Made by a program: the position numbers and the translations under genes. A DNA stretch of 64,000 bases from a virus. Below the pieces are notes generated by a model. The model had not been told where the DNA came from, searched no databases, and worked only from the letters and a program-made list of their open reading frames with translations. The DNA is taken from positions 1-64,000 of IMG/VR virus record IMGVR_UViG_3300045988_148533; one strand, written 5' to 3'. This document shows positions 45,172 through 52,921 of the stretch, one piece after another (positions within the stretch are counted from its first letter, which is position 1; each line of letters opens with the position of its first letter).

Positions 45172-45928
45172 CGTCCTTATTGTTCTCCTTCACAGGCTCT
45201 ATCGTTATACCGCTGTGAGGAATCACAGCATCAGAGGGTCTCCAGTGCATTGCCACCGGAGCGAACAGCAGCATTCCTGTCTGCTTATTAAGCTCCTCCA
45301 CTCGGGTATTGGCCTGCTCCAGACTGAGATTCACGAGCTTCTTACGGTCACTCCGTCCCTCGGCCGTCTTCAGGGTGGTGGTGTTCACCACTCGGTAGCG
45401 TGGAGTGGGAATGAGTGCATCGTAGAATTCCTCCGGTGTGGCGTAGGGAATGTCGAGTGCCTTGGCCGCCTGACGACCGTCACCGTTGGCTCCTATGTAC
45501 AGGCAGTCGTCGAGGGTGATGGGCTTCGCCTCATTTTCCTGACTGAACCGAGCCACACAGTCCCTTAGGATGCCCTCCAGCATGGCCGTTCCGGGGAAGT
45601 GTCTGTCCTTAATCTCGTCGTTGGAGGGGCTGTACTGTCCTCCGACCCACACGTTGCTACCCACGGTCTCCTGCACGCAGGCGATAATCCATCCGAGCTG
45701 TCCTCCGAACAGATTCTGCTCGTAGGAGGGCTGCCAATATGGAACATTGTCCACTATCATGATGGCGTTGGGGTGTAGTTCCTTGAGGCGGTTCATGAAC
45801 TTGATGTTCATCCTAATGTCCCACAGGGGGCGAGGTGCGAATACCTCCCCACCGTCCAGAGAGGTACACAGTGCCCTGATGTCCACGAAGACCCAGTGGC
45901 GATTGATGTAGTCCTTTGCTGTTATCAT
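45149..45928 (-). CDS. HAD/PNKP-phosphatase-like protein with a degenerate motif I
   Basis: WVFVDIRALC replaces DxDGT. IMIVDNVPY, RHFPGTAML, LYIGANGDGRQAAKALDIPYATPEEFY parallel motifs II-IV and the C-terminal end of PNKP-type phosphatases. Confidence 0.4.
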   Translation of the reverse strand: MITAKDYINRHWVFVDIRALCTSLDGGEVFAPRPLWDIRMNIKFMNRLKELHPNAIMIVDNVPYWQPSYEQNLFGGQLGWIIACVQETVGSNVWVGGQYSPSNDEIKDRHFPGTAMLEGILRDCVARFSQENEAKPITLDDCLYIGANGDGRQAAKALDIPYATPEEFYDALIPTPRYRVVNTTTLKTAEGRSDRKKLVNLSLEQANTRVEELNKQTGMLLFAPVAMHWRPSDAVIPHSGITIEPVKENNKDGENEKGE

Positions 45929-45932
45929 ATTA

Positions 45933-46226
45933 TTATTTCGTTTGGTTATTGTTTGCCGTAGTAACGCATCTGTCCCTCAGTGTCACGACTGTGGTGGCAT
46001 ACCAGAAGTTCCAAGCACCGTCTGGAATTCCTCCTGGAATGCGGTTGCTTAGAGCATCCCACTTGCGACGTACCTCTCTCACAGCGTTGCTGAAGTCCCG
46101 AGGCGTCATGTGCTTCCTGAGGCGTAGGGTGAGTTCTTCCGTGAACACGGACAGCAGATGCTTCTGTCCTCTGGGGTTGTACCCCTGCTGCCAGCCGTAC
46201 TGAGCGACTATTTCCTTTGTTGTCAT
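45933..46226 (-). CDS. hypothetical protein (97 aa)
   Basis: Start placed at MTTKEIVAQYGW (ATG 46226), 23 nt after the upstream stop. The longer ORF-track versions overlap 46250..46594. Confidence 0.55.
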   Translation of the reverse strand: MTTKEIVAQYGWQQGYNPRGQKHLLSVFTEELTLRLRKHMTPRDFSNAVREVRRKWDALSNRIPGGIPDGAWNFWYATTVVTLRDRCVTTANNNQTK

Positions 46227-46249
46227 ATCTCTGTTGGATTTTGGAATAA

Positions 46250-46594
46250 CTAACGTATGTAGGAGAGTCCGTCTCTGCGCAGAGCAGCCTCGAGAGGCAT
46301 GGGGTCGAAATAGCGGTCTCTCTCCACAGGCAGACCCCACGGCCCACGCAGGGCCTCCAGCTCCCTGAGACCGAAGTAGCCGTATTCAAAGTCTCTGCCG
46401 TTGAACACGAGGCCGAAGAATCTCCATTCACCGCTTGGGAGTCTATTGCCCTCGGTGACGTACCACGTATAGGAGCTGTCAGGGGTGAAGTACTTCACGA
46501 CAGCCGTGGCCTCTCCACCCTTGCCGTCCTGACTGTACAGGGGGAACCCTGCAAGTACCCTCTCTATCTTCTTTGTCATCAGCTTCATTGCCAT
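46250..46594 (-). CDS. DUF2958-like protein
   Basis: LYSQDGKGGEATAVVKYFTPDSSYTWYVTEGN...FGLVFNGRDFEYGYFGLRELEAL...PVERDRYFDP follows the DUF2958 pattern common in phages and plasmids. From memory. Confidence 0.5.
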   Translation of the reverse strand: MAMKLMTKKIERVLAGFPLYSQDGKGGEATAVVKYFTPDSSYTWYVTEGNRLPSGEWRFFGLVFNGRDFEYGYFGLRELEALRGPWGLPVERDRYFDPMPLEAALRRDGLSYIR

Positions 46595-46606
46595 AGTCGT
46601 ACCCTC

Positions 46607-46867
46607 CTATAGATTATTGGTTACATACACCGTGTCATTGTGACGTGTATAATTAATGATGTTTCTTGCAGGAACCACCGTGTTGGTGGCGGTGTCCACG
46701 TCAAAGGTGGAGATTGTTACGGTGTCACCGCTTTCACTTAGGAGTCTCTCCATATTTGCCTGAATGTAGGCTTCGCACTGACCGATGAGGCCTGTAAATA
46801 CATTGCTGCCTGTTGCGTCAAATACGCCGAAGAATGCTGTGTTGACTGTTTTCATGACCATTAACAT
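46607..46867 (-). CDS. hypothetical protein (86 aa, or 82 aa if it starts at 46855)
   Basis: ORF track. The start MKTVNT at 46855 better fits the 24-34 nt promoter-to-ATG spacing seen at the sister promoters. Confidence 0.55.
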   Translation of the reverse strand: MLMVMKTVNTAFFGVFDATGSNVFTGLIGQCEAYIQANMERLLSESGDTVTISTFDVDTATNTVVPARNIINYTRHNDTVYVTNNL

Positions 46868-46880
46868 TTTGTTTTACGGG

Positions 46881-46932
46881 TGCAAATATAGGGTGAATTG
46901 AGGAATCTACCAAGAAAAATCCTGAAAAAATC
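46881..46932 (-). promoter_or_regulatory. early promoter family member 1
   Basis: TATATTTGCA box (46881..46890), 19-nt spacer, CCAAGAAAAATCCTGAAAAAATC (46910..46932). Confidence 0.6.
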
Positions 46933-47438
46933 AGCGTCCCAACCGCAAATCCCTTCGTATCTGTGACGTGGGAGGGTCAGGACGCCTCATTAATTTTTAA
47001 CCCTATATTATGGAACTGAATGCAGTAACGGTGTCAGGGCAGTATATTCAGAGTCCCCTCATACGTATGGACTACCGTTATGAGAGGACTCCTACTGTGC
47101 GGAGGTGTTGCTACCGCAATGGACATAATGAGTGCATGATGTCACATCTGGAAGGAAGCACTGCCTGTTCTTCACATTTTCCAGCGTTGACTCTGGAGGG
47201 CCTGTGCCCTCGGGTCCGCTGCTGCTCTCCTACCCCTGAGCGTCATGCAGGGTATTAACAGGCGTCACGCATGGTGCATCAGAATAGGAGGCAGTGCATC
47301 ATCACGACGAACTGCCTCCAGATGAATAAAAACAAGACCGATTGTTATAACAAAGTGGTATATAAACGAGGAGTCCCGGATGTCATCACGACAGCTCGGG
47401 ACCCCATGCACAATACAGCACAAAGATGCCTGTGTGTA

Positions 47439-47750
47439 TTAACGCTTCTTGGCGGTCTTCTTCCCCTTGGCCTCAACCTTGGGCTCCTCCTTCACCTTGT
47501 AGGTACGGCTGGACTTGAAGACGAGCCGACGTGTCTCACCGGACATGAACTTCTCCCCTGTCTGAGGGTTCAGCACCTGCCGAGGAGGTGTCACTTTCAA
47601 CTTGAACTTTCCGATAGGAGTGAGCACTTCCTCACCGCCCATCACCACATCGGGAATTACCTCGAAAATACCGTTCAGAATCTCCTCCACGTCCACTTGG
47701 GTACGCTCCAGTTTTGTGGCCACTGCTGCCACGAGTTCACTTTTTCTCAT
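47439..47750 (-). CDS. HU/IHF-family DNA-binding protein with a Lys-rich C-terminal tail
   Basis: MRKSELVAAVATKLERTQVDVEEILNGIFE...GKFKLKVTPPRQVLNPQTGEKFMSGETRRLVFKSS matches the HU fold pattern. Tail is EPKVEAKGKKTAKKR. Confidence 0.8.
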   Translation of the reverse strand: MRKSELVAAVATKLERTQVDVEEILNGIFEVIPDVVMGGEEVLTPIGKFKLKVTPPRQVLNPQTGEKFMSGETRRLVFKSSRTYKVKEEPKVEAKGKKTAKKR

Positions 47751-48297
47751 TGCTATTATCTATTTTATTGGTTGTTGGTTGTCTGTCCATGAATCCTATC
47801 AGCCACCTGATGACTGACTGGATGAATGCGTAGTCCTTGACTCTGCGATAGGCGCACTTACGGTCAAGAACGCTCCCGACCACGGCCCACTTCAGCCCCT
47901 CGGAGTCCTGTATGTAGCGGTGACTTATCGCCGATACCGCCCACACGTTGATGAGCGTGCCGCCCCACTTGAAGATGTACGGCTTGTGCTTCCACGTAAC
48001 ACGCTCCATGTATCGCTCAGCGTCTCTCGGATAGGAGGCTCCGGACGTAACGGTGTGAAACACGCTGCCCTGACTCTCCGCCAGAAGCCGGAGTCGGGAC
48101 TCCATGGCGTCGTCGCACACCATCTCTATGTCAATGTCGTGAGGCTGCACCACAGCGTCCAGTCCCAGTCTGGCGAGGGCCAGACTGCCCACCACGCACA
48201 CGTCACAGGGGTGGGCTGAGTCCTGCACGGAGTGCAGAAACTGCTTGAGAGTGTTCAGATAGGGTATGTACCCGTTGAAGTTCATTTTTTCGTTCAT
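47737..48297 (-). CDS. nucleotidyltransferase-fold (Pol-beta superfamily) protein
   Basis: VCVVGSLALARLGLDAVVQPHDIDIEM matches the GS...DxD signature. Confidence 0.45.
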   Translation of the reverse strand: MNEKMNFNGYIPYLNTLKQFLHSVQDSAHPCDVCVVGSLALARLGLDAVVQPHDIDIEMVCDDAMESRLRLLAESQGSVFHTVTSGASYPRDAERYMERVTWKHKPYIFKWGGTLINVWAVSAISHRYIQDSEGLKWAVVGSVLDRKCAYRRVKDYAFIQSVIRWLIGFMDRQPTTNKIDNSNEKK

Positions 48298-48315
48298 TTT
48301 CGGAATATTTTGAGA

Positions 48316-48846
48316 TTATAAACTGCTGTCCTGTATGATTCTCCGGAGACGGTCACTGTATCCCTTTTTGGAGGCATAGGTGCGGTCGAGGAGGGCGAGG
48401 TACTCATCCCTGCTGAGCCCCCTCGCGAACGAGCTCTGCCACAGGGCATAGTCCAGTATGCAGTCCCGGACGGAGGCGTATCGGGCGTGGCCCTCAAGAG
48501 TGCCGACGGCAGTGGTGGGACGAGTGTAGGGAACCTTCATGCCGAGGCAGTTGTGGCCCTCTGTAAACAGGGTGGAGCGGAAGTGACCGCTCTCCTCTAT
48601 GGCCTGAGCCATTACTATGTCAGGGTGGTCCAGACGGAGCTCGAATATAAGGTCATAGACCTGCGTGTAGACGTCCGGCCACTCGGGATGGACGGCAGCG
48701 GTGCTGCCAGTCAGGACGCACTCCACGTCCGTTCTGTGGCCGTTCCGCCACGCCTGCACCCACACGAGGAGTCCTGCAATTAGGAAGACTCCCAGTATCA
48801 CTGCACAGTACGTTATAATGCGCCTGTCGGCTGTCGTGAGTCTCAT
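48316..48846 (-). CDS. endolysin candidate: N-acetylglucosaminidase domain with an N-terminal signal-anchor
   Basis: TM segment ITYCAVILGVFLIAGLLVWVQAW, then IVMAQAIEESGHFRSTLFTEGHNCLGMK (LytD/FlgJ-type glucosaminidase motif). Confidence 0.6.
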   Translation of the reverse strand: MRLTTADRRIITYCAVILGVFLIAGLLVWVQAWRNGHRTDVECVLTGSTAAVHPEWPDVYTQVYDLIFELRLDHPDIVMAQAIEESGHFRSTLFTEGHNCLGMKVPYTRPTTAVGTLEGHARYASVRDCILDYALWQSSFARGLSRDEYLALLDRTYASKKGYSDRLRRIIQDSSL

Positions 48847-49400
48847 AGTGTGCCCTCCTTTCCTTTAAGTATTCCATACCGCTGAACGAACTCCTCCACG
48901 TCCATGTAGTCGCAGCCGTAGTTCTCAGCCGTGCGTCGGTCACTGTCGCTGAACTGTCCCTCCAGACCGGAAGCGTCTCCCACCATTAGGCACTGCTCCT
49001 TTGTCCACGGCCCGTATCTATTGCCGTTGTCGTCACCGTGTATGCAGTTCAGCCTCTGGAGCATCCCAGTGTTAGGCTTGCGGTCAGTGTGGTTAGGATT
49101 GTTGGTGGCGCACAGAGTATAGTCAGTCAGGACGCCTGTGTACTCCTCCACGGCAGTACAGATGTAGTTAATCTTTATTATGAAGGAGTCAATGTCCACG
49201 TGGCCTGCCTCTATTCCTCCCTGATTCGTCACTATACCCACGAACTCGGGCTGCAGAGCCTTTATGGCGTCAAGAACCTCATAGCGGAGCTTCATGTCCC
49301 ATATTCCCCTTGGAAAGGGCTTTCCGCTCTGTGTGACTATAAGCGTGCCGTCAAGGTCTATGAACAGGCACTTCTTACTTTCTTTTCCGTTTGTTTCCAT
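48843..49400 (-). CDS. polynucleotide 3-prime-phosphatase-type HAD-IIIA hydrolase
   Basis: FIDLDGTL (motif I), IVTNQGGI (II), RKPNTGML (III), MVGDASG...DSDRRTAENYGCDYMDVEEFV (IV plus the PNKP-type end). Confidence 0.7.
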   Translation of the reverse strand: METNGKESKKCLFIDLDGTLIVTQSGKPFPRGIWDMKLRYEVLDAIKALQPEFVGIVTNQGGIEAGHVDIDSFIIKINYICTAVEEYTGVLTDYTLCATNNPNHTDRKPNTGMLQRLNCIHGDDNGNRYGPWTKEQCLMVGDASGLEGQFSDSDRRTAENYGCDYMDVEEFVQRYGILKGKEGTL

Positions 49401-49575
49401 TTCTATTTACTTTAGGTTTATAACTGTGGATAGGAGTGGACGTCCATCGGGCACAGCCCTCACTCAGCACCGCCTGTGTGTCAGGGCACATATAGTATCG
49501 TGCGCACCTGAAGCACGTGCGAGGTACTGGAGGACGTCCACGCCTGCCTCTGCTATTTCTCTTCTCCGTTTTCAT
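49375..49575 (-). CDS. possible small basic Cys-rich protein (66 aa)
   Basis: Internal Met of the 87-aa ORF-track ORF. Bridges an otherwise empty 150-nt gap. Contains CFRC...C...C and a KRKRK tail. Overlaps both neighbours. Confidence 0.3.
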   Translation of the reverse strand: MKTEKRNSRGRRGRPPVPRTCFRCARYYMCPDTQAVLSEGCARWTSTPIHSYKPKVNRNGNKRKRK

Positions 49576-50062
49576 CATTAGGTACATTAACCGTGTCAAG
49601 GAGGAGAAACTCCTCGCTGTATATTTCCCACGCTCCACAGGTGTCCTCCACGGTGGACGGCATGGACTGACTCGGTGTCACGAACACAGGTACGTAGTCA
49701 TCGGCCGTTACGCAGAAGAACCCCTCCGGATTCTTGGACGTACTGGCGTACTCCACGACGTTCTTCGGTAGCCATGCAGCTCCCTCAGGAGCCACTATGC
49801 GCACTGCCCTGTCCGTGCAGTGCGTAAGCACACCCACAACCATCCTATTTTCGTGCCATAGACGAACGTAGGCGGATGAACGAGTGTAGGAGTGGAGTGC
49901 AGGTCGGTCGGAGGCCCTCGTTCCCCCTGCGACCCTGTTTTGACGCTCTATGTGGCCGTCATGGATTAGGGTCAGCACAAGGGTGTCCTCCGTGCCGTCG
50001 GACGTGTCAATCTGGACGCTGTACCGCTGTCCCTCGAGAGTTACTATATCTCCGTTTTTCAT
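49553..50062 (-). CDS. hypothetical protein (169 aa)
   Basis: ORF track. Confidence 0.6.
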   Translation of the reverse strand: MKNGDIVTLEGQRYSVQIDTSDGTEDTLVLTLIHDGHIERQNRVAGGTRASDRPALHSYTRSSAYVRLWHENRMVVGVLTHCTDRAVRIVAPEGAAWLPKNVVEYASTSKNPEGFFCVTADDYVPVFVTPSQSMPSTVEDTCGAWEIYSEEFLLLDTVNVPNDENGEEK

Positions 50063-50080
50063 GGTAGGTATCTCCTATGC

Positions 50081-50629
50081 TTACTTACTCTCCTTTCTGG
50101 CTTCCTTGGCTGCAACTCGGGCTGCATTGGCAGCATCCCTCTGGAGTGCTGCCTGTGCCCTCTTTATCTTGCGGTGGAGACTGGCTATCCTCTTCCTTGT
50201 AGCAGCGTCAGGCTCCTTTATGGCTTCCTTGGCCTCCAGCTCGGCTGTATAGACCTCCAGTCGGTGCTGAGGGTCGCGACCCACACCCTTTGTCTCCTTT
50301 GCTGCTTTGCTCTCCTTCTTGGCTTTCTTTTCCTTAGTAGGTGCAGGGGCTGTTTCAGTCACACCCTCCTCCACTGCATCAGCGACCTCCTCCATAGCTG
50401 CCATTTCCTCCTCACGGACGCTCTCATACAGGCTCACGCACTCCATGTACTTCTTATACATTGCTCCCTTGCCTGCATCGGGAGCACAGGCCTCGAAACT
50501 GGGGTTGATGTTTTCCTGAATGAACGCTACGAACTCGTCCACGGCCTTTCTCAGTGCCTCCTTGTTGACATACTTTAATACGTGCTTTTCGTTGAGGAAC
50601 TTTTCGTTGTAGTTAAATTCTGCTTTCAT
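50081..50629 (-). CDS. hypothetical protein (182 aa) with a Lys/Ala-rich basic C-terminal half
   Basis: ORF track. Contains TKEKKAKKESKAAKETKG...AAKEARKESK. First gene after promoter 2. Confidence 0.65.
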   Translation of the reverse strand: MKAEFNYNEKFLNEKHVLKYVNKEALRKAVDEFVAFIQENINPSFEACAPDAGKGAMYKKYMECVSLYESVREEEMAAMEEVADAVEEGVTETAPAPTKEKKAKKESKAAKETKGVGRDPQHRLEVYTAELEAKEAIKEPDAATRKRIASLHRKIKRAQAALQRDAANAARVAAKEARKESK

Positions 50630-50672
50630 GGCTTTTAATTTTTAATTGGTTTGACTTGTTTTGTTTTACAGA

Positions 50673-50724
50673 TGCAAATATAGGGGAGATAATTCTTTCT
50701 ACCAAGAAAAATCTTGAAAATTTC
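50673..50724 (-). promoter_or_regulatory. early promoter family member 2
   Basis: TATATTTGCA (50673..50682), 19-nt spacer, CCAAGAAAAATCTTGAAAATTTC (50702..50724). Confidence 0.6.
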
Positions 50725-50733
50725 CCGAACTTT

Positions 50734-51009
50734 CTAATAATCCGCTGTAACTGCACGAAATACCATCTTCTGGCTTTCCTCGGTTATTTCCCTGAGGTTT
50801 TCCACTCCGTACCCCTTTCTGTCACACAGGATGATGTGCTCTCCACGGCTATCCTTCCACGCCTTGAGCGCATACACCGTGCGCCTGTGGAACACCCTCC
50901 TATTTACAACGCTCACAGGCTTATTGAATGGCACGTAGGTGGTGGAGTCAGTAAGTCCTCCTATGGCCTCAACAACGGCCCACCAATAGTCAATTTTTCG
51001 TGTTTCCAT
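50734..51009 (-). CDS. hypothetical protein (91 aa)
   Basis: ORF track. Confidence 0.55.
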   Translation of the reverse strand: METRKIDYWWAVVEAIGGLTDSTTYVPFNKPVSVVNRRVFHRRTVYALKAWKDSRGEHIILCDRKGYGVENLREITEESQKMVFRAVTADY

Positions 51010-51060
51010 GTCTCTTTTTATTCATAGTAAAACGTCCGTACGGATTCAGCCTTTTCCGTT

Positions 51061-51261
51061 TCAGCCCCAGATTATGTAGTTCAGAAACGGTACTACATTG
51101 TTACACCACCACTCCATGATAACTATCAACAGGGTTAGGAGAAGGGCCACGGTGATGGACACGCTTACCCATCTCCACCCTCTGACATATTTCTCCTTTA
51201 GCTGCCATCTGCCAAACTGACCGCTGTAAAATCTGTCCAGTGCATCGATTATTCGTTCCAT
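51061..51261 (-). CDS. small single-TM membrane protein (66 aa)
   Basis: TM segment WVSVSITVALLLTLLIVIMEWW. Confidence 0.5.
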   Translation of the reverse strand: MERIIDALDRFYSGQFGRWQLKEKYVRGWRWVSVSITVALLLTLLIVIMEWWCNNVVPFLNYIIWG

Positions 51262-51267
51262 ATTGTC

Positions 51268-51504
51268 TCAGTATTTAATTATTCTGTTCTCCCTGTATGT
51301 ATATGTCGTGCGAGCGAGCAGCTCGCCACTGTCGTCGTAAATTTCGCTCAGTACCTTGGTTAGGGTTCTGGGAGTGTTCAGTCGCATCTTGCGCACCGCA
51401 AACACCTCGGCCTCCAGAGCGGACTGGGCCTCCGTGCAGAGGAAAGCCTTAGTTTCCACTCTGTCCTTCTTGAAACTTGTTATAACTACCTTTGCCATGG
51501 CCAC
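51268..51504 (-). CDS. hypothetical protein (78 aa)
   Basis: ORF track. Confidence 0.55.
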   Translation of the reverse strand: MAMAKVVITSFKKDRVETKAFLCTEAQSALEAEVFAVRKMRLNTPRTLTKVLSEIYDDSGELLARTTYTYRENRIIKY

Positions 51505-51509
51505 CCCTC

Positions 51510-51989
51510 CTATTTTCTGGTTATTTCAAACTGTATCTTAATAATTACCTGTCCACCTGTTCCCTGCCTGCTCTCCATCACTGAGTAGGAATTTATGCTG
51601 ACGGAGGCATTAAATTTTTCAGGAATGACCTTTTCCAGTCTCCTGGCCATCCTGTCAGCCTTGGCACTTGCCCTGCCGTATCCGGACTCGTACTTTATAT
51701 AGGTAAAATCCTCCGCTGTGTCAATATCGTAGGTGAGGAGGGCATGGCTCTGGAAGGAGTCGTTCACGCGGCTCAGTGACACACGTGTGTCAGCACCGCT
51801 GAGATTCAGGTGGAGGGCTGGAAACAGCTTCTCCACGTGTGAGGCTATCTCCACAGCGTCCTCTGTGGCACGCTGCTGAAGCAGCATACAGGCTCTCATT
51901 TCCCGTATCCTAATTTCCATGTCCTCATTTCTGTCGTTAAGTACCTTTGTCAGGCTTTCTCTTGTACTGCTGTTAATTTCTCTTTTCAT
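51510..51989 (-). CDS. hypothetical protein (159 aa)
   Basis: Start moved to MKREINSS (51989), because the promoter box 52015..52024 lies inside the longer ORF. Confidence 0.6.
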   Translation of the reverse strand: MKREINSSTRESLTKVLNDRNEDMEIRIREMRACMLLQQRATEDAVEIASHVEKLFPALHLNLSGADTRVSLSRVNDSFQSHALLTYDIDTAEDFTYIKYESGYGRASAKADRMARRLEKVIPEKFNASVSINSYSVMESRQGTGGQVIIKIQFEITRK

Positions 51990-52014
51990 GGCTCGTTTTG
52001 TTATTGATTTACGG

Positions 52015-52066
52015 TGCAAATATAGTCCGATTAATGATATCAACCAAGAAAAATCTTGAAAATTTC
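52015..52066 (-). promoter_or_regulatory. early promoter family member 3
   Basis: TATATTTGCA (52015..52024), 19-nt spacer, CCAAGAAAAATCTTGAAAATTTC (52044..52066). Confidence 0.6.
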
Positions 52067-52703
52067 AATAATTTCTTGACATCGTCAAAATAAAAAGTTT
52101 CGTTTTGACGAGCCGAGTTTCGTTTTCCGTTTTTCGGGATGGTAACTCTTCCGTTACTTTGCCCTCTCCTCGGCAGTGAACACAGGCGTTCCACGACTCC
52201 GAAACTCTCCGTCTAACCCCCTCAAGAGCGCGTATCACTGCACCGTCAACAAAGTTAGGGGACGATTCTCCGAGTTTTCCGTTCCCAAAACTCTGTACCC
52301 CTGCGTCCATGTGGACAAATTGCGAATTCGTCCAATGGGTGAGTCCGTTTTTCGTCTCTCCATGCCCCTGTACCCTGTTCTCCACGTGGAGAATCATACC
52401 CTCCACGCCTGCTTCTCCACACTCTCCATGGTATAACGAAAAGTTATCGTGGAGAGACAAAATTAGGCGTGGAGAAGGCTGTTTTCGGCAATTTTGCGAT
52501 TTCTCCAAAACGGACCCACAGTCACCCTGCGCTTCGGTTGCCCTTAGGGGAAGTAGCGACCGTTTTCGCAAAGTCTCCAGCCATAACATTTTCTTATAGC
52601 TTGGACAACTTTTACACCTATGGACAGCGAAAATAGGAGAAAGTTTCGTTCCGTGACATTTACCCCTGCTGCATGGAGAAACGAACAGTTTCTCCACACC
52701 CAT
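52065..52703 (-). CDS. possible Cys/His-rich protein (212 aa); coding status uncertain
   Basis: A long open frame is unlikely by chance at about 50 percent GC, and its stop abuts the next promoter as at sister loci. It has CX4CH...HxCxxC and CVHC motifs. However, the DNA is packed with CTCCAC/GTGGAG palindromes and CGTTTTCG-like repeats. Confidence 0.4.
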   Translation of the reverse strand: MGVEKLFVSPCSRGKCHGTKLSPIFAVHRCKSCPSYKKMLWLETLRKRSLLPLRATEAQGDCGSVLEKSQNCRKQPSPRLILSLHDNFSLYHGECGEAGVEGMILHVENRVQGHGETKNGLTHWTNSQFVHMDAGVQSFGNGKLGESSPNFVDGAVIRALEGVRRRVSESWNACVHCRGEGKVTEELPSRKTENETRLVKTKLFILTMSRNY

Positions 52704-52880
52704 CCTCCATAACTTATAATCCGTAAGTTTTGATGTATGCTTGACTTACAATTTATAACTAAATGAGCCTATGAACTTACAATCTATAAGTTTGTACAGC
52801 GGAAACGAGTTACTATTTGTTACATCGCTGGTTATTAGGGAAAGTTCCTCTCCTCGCTGATATAGTCAGCCTGTCGGTCA

Positions 52881-52921
52881 AATAAGCGAAAAGGGCCGAG
52901 AACCGATGTAGTTCTCAGCCC
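52881..52921 (-). terminator. rho-independent terminator
   Basis: Minus strand GGGCTGAGAAC-tacatcg-GTTCTCGGCCC (one mismatch) followed by TTTTCGCTTATT. Confidence 0.6.
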
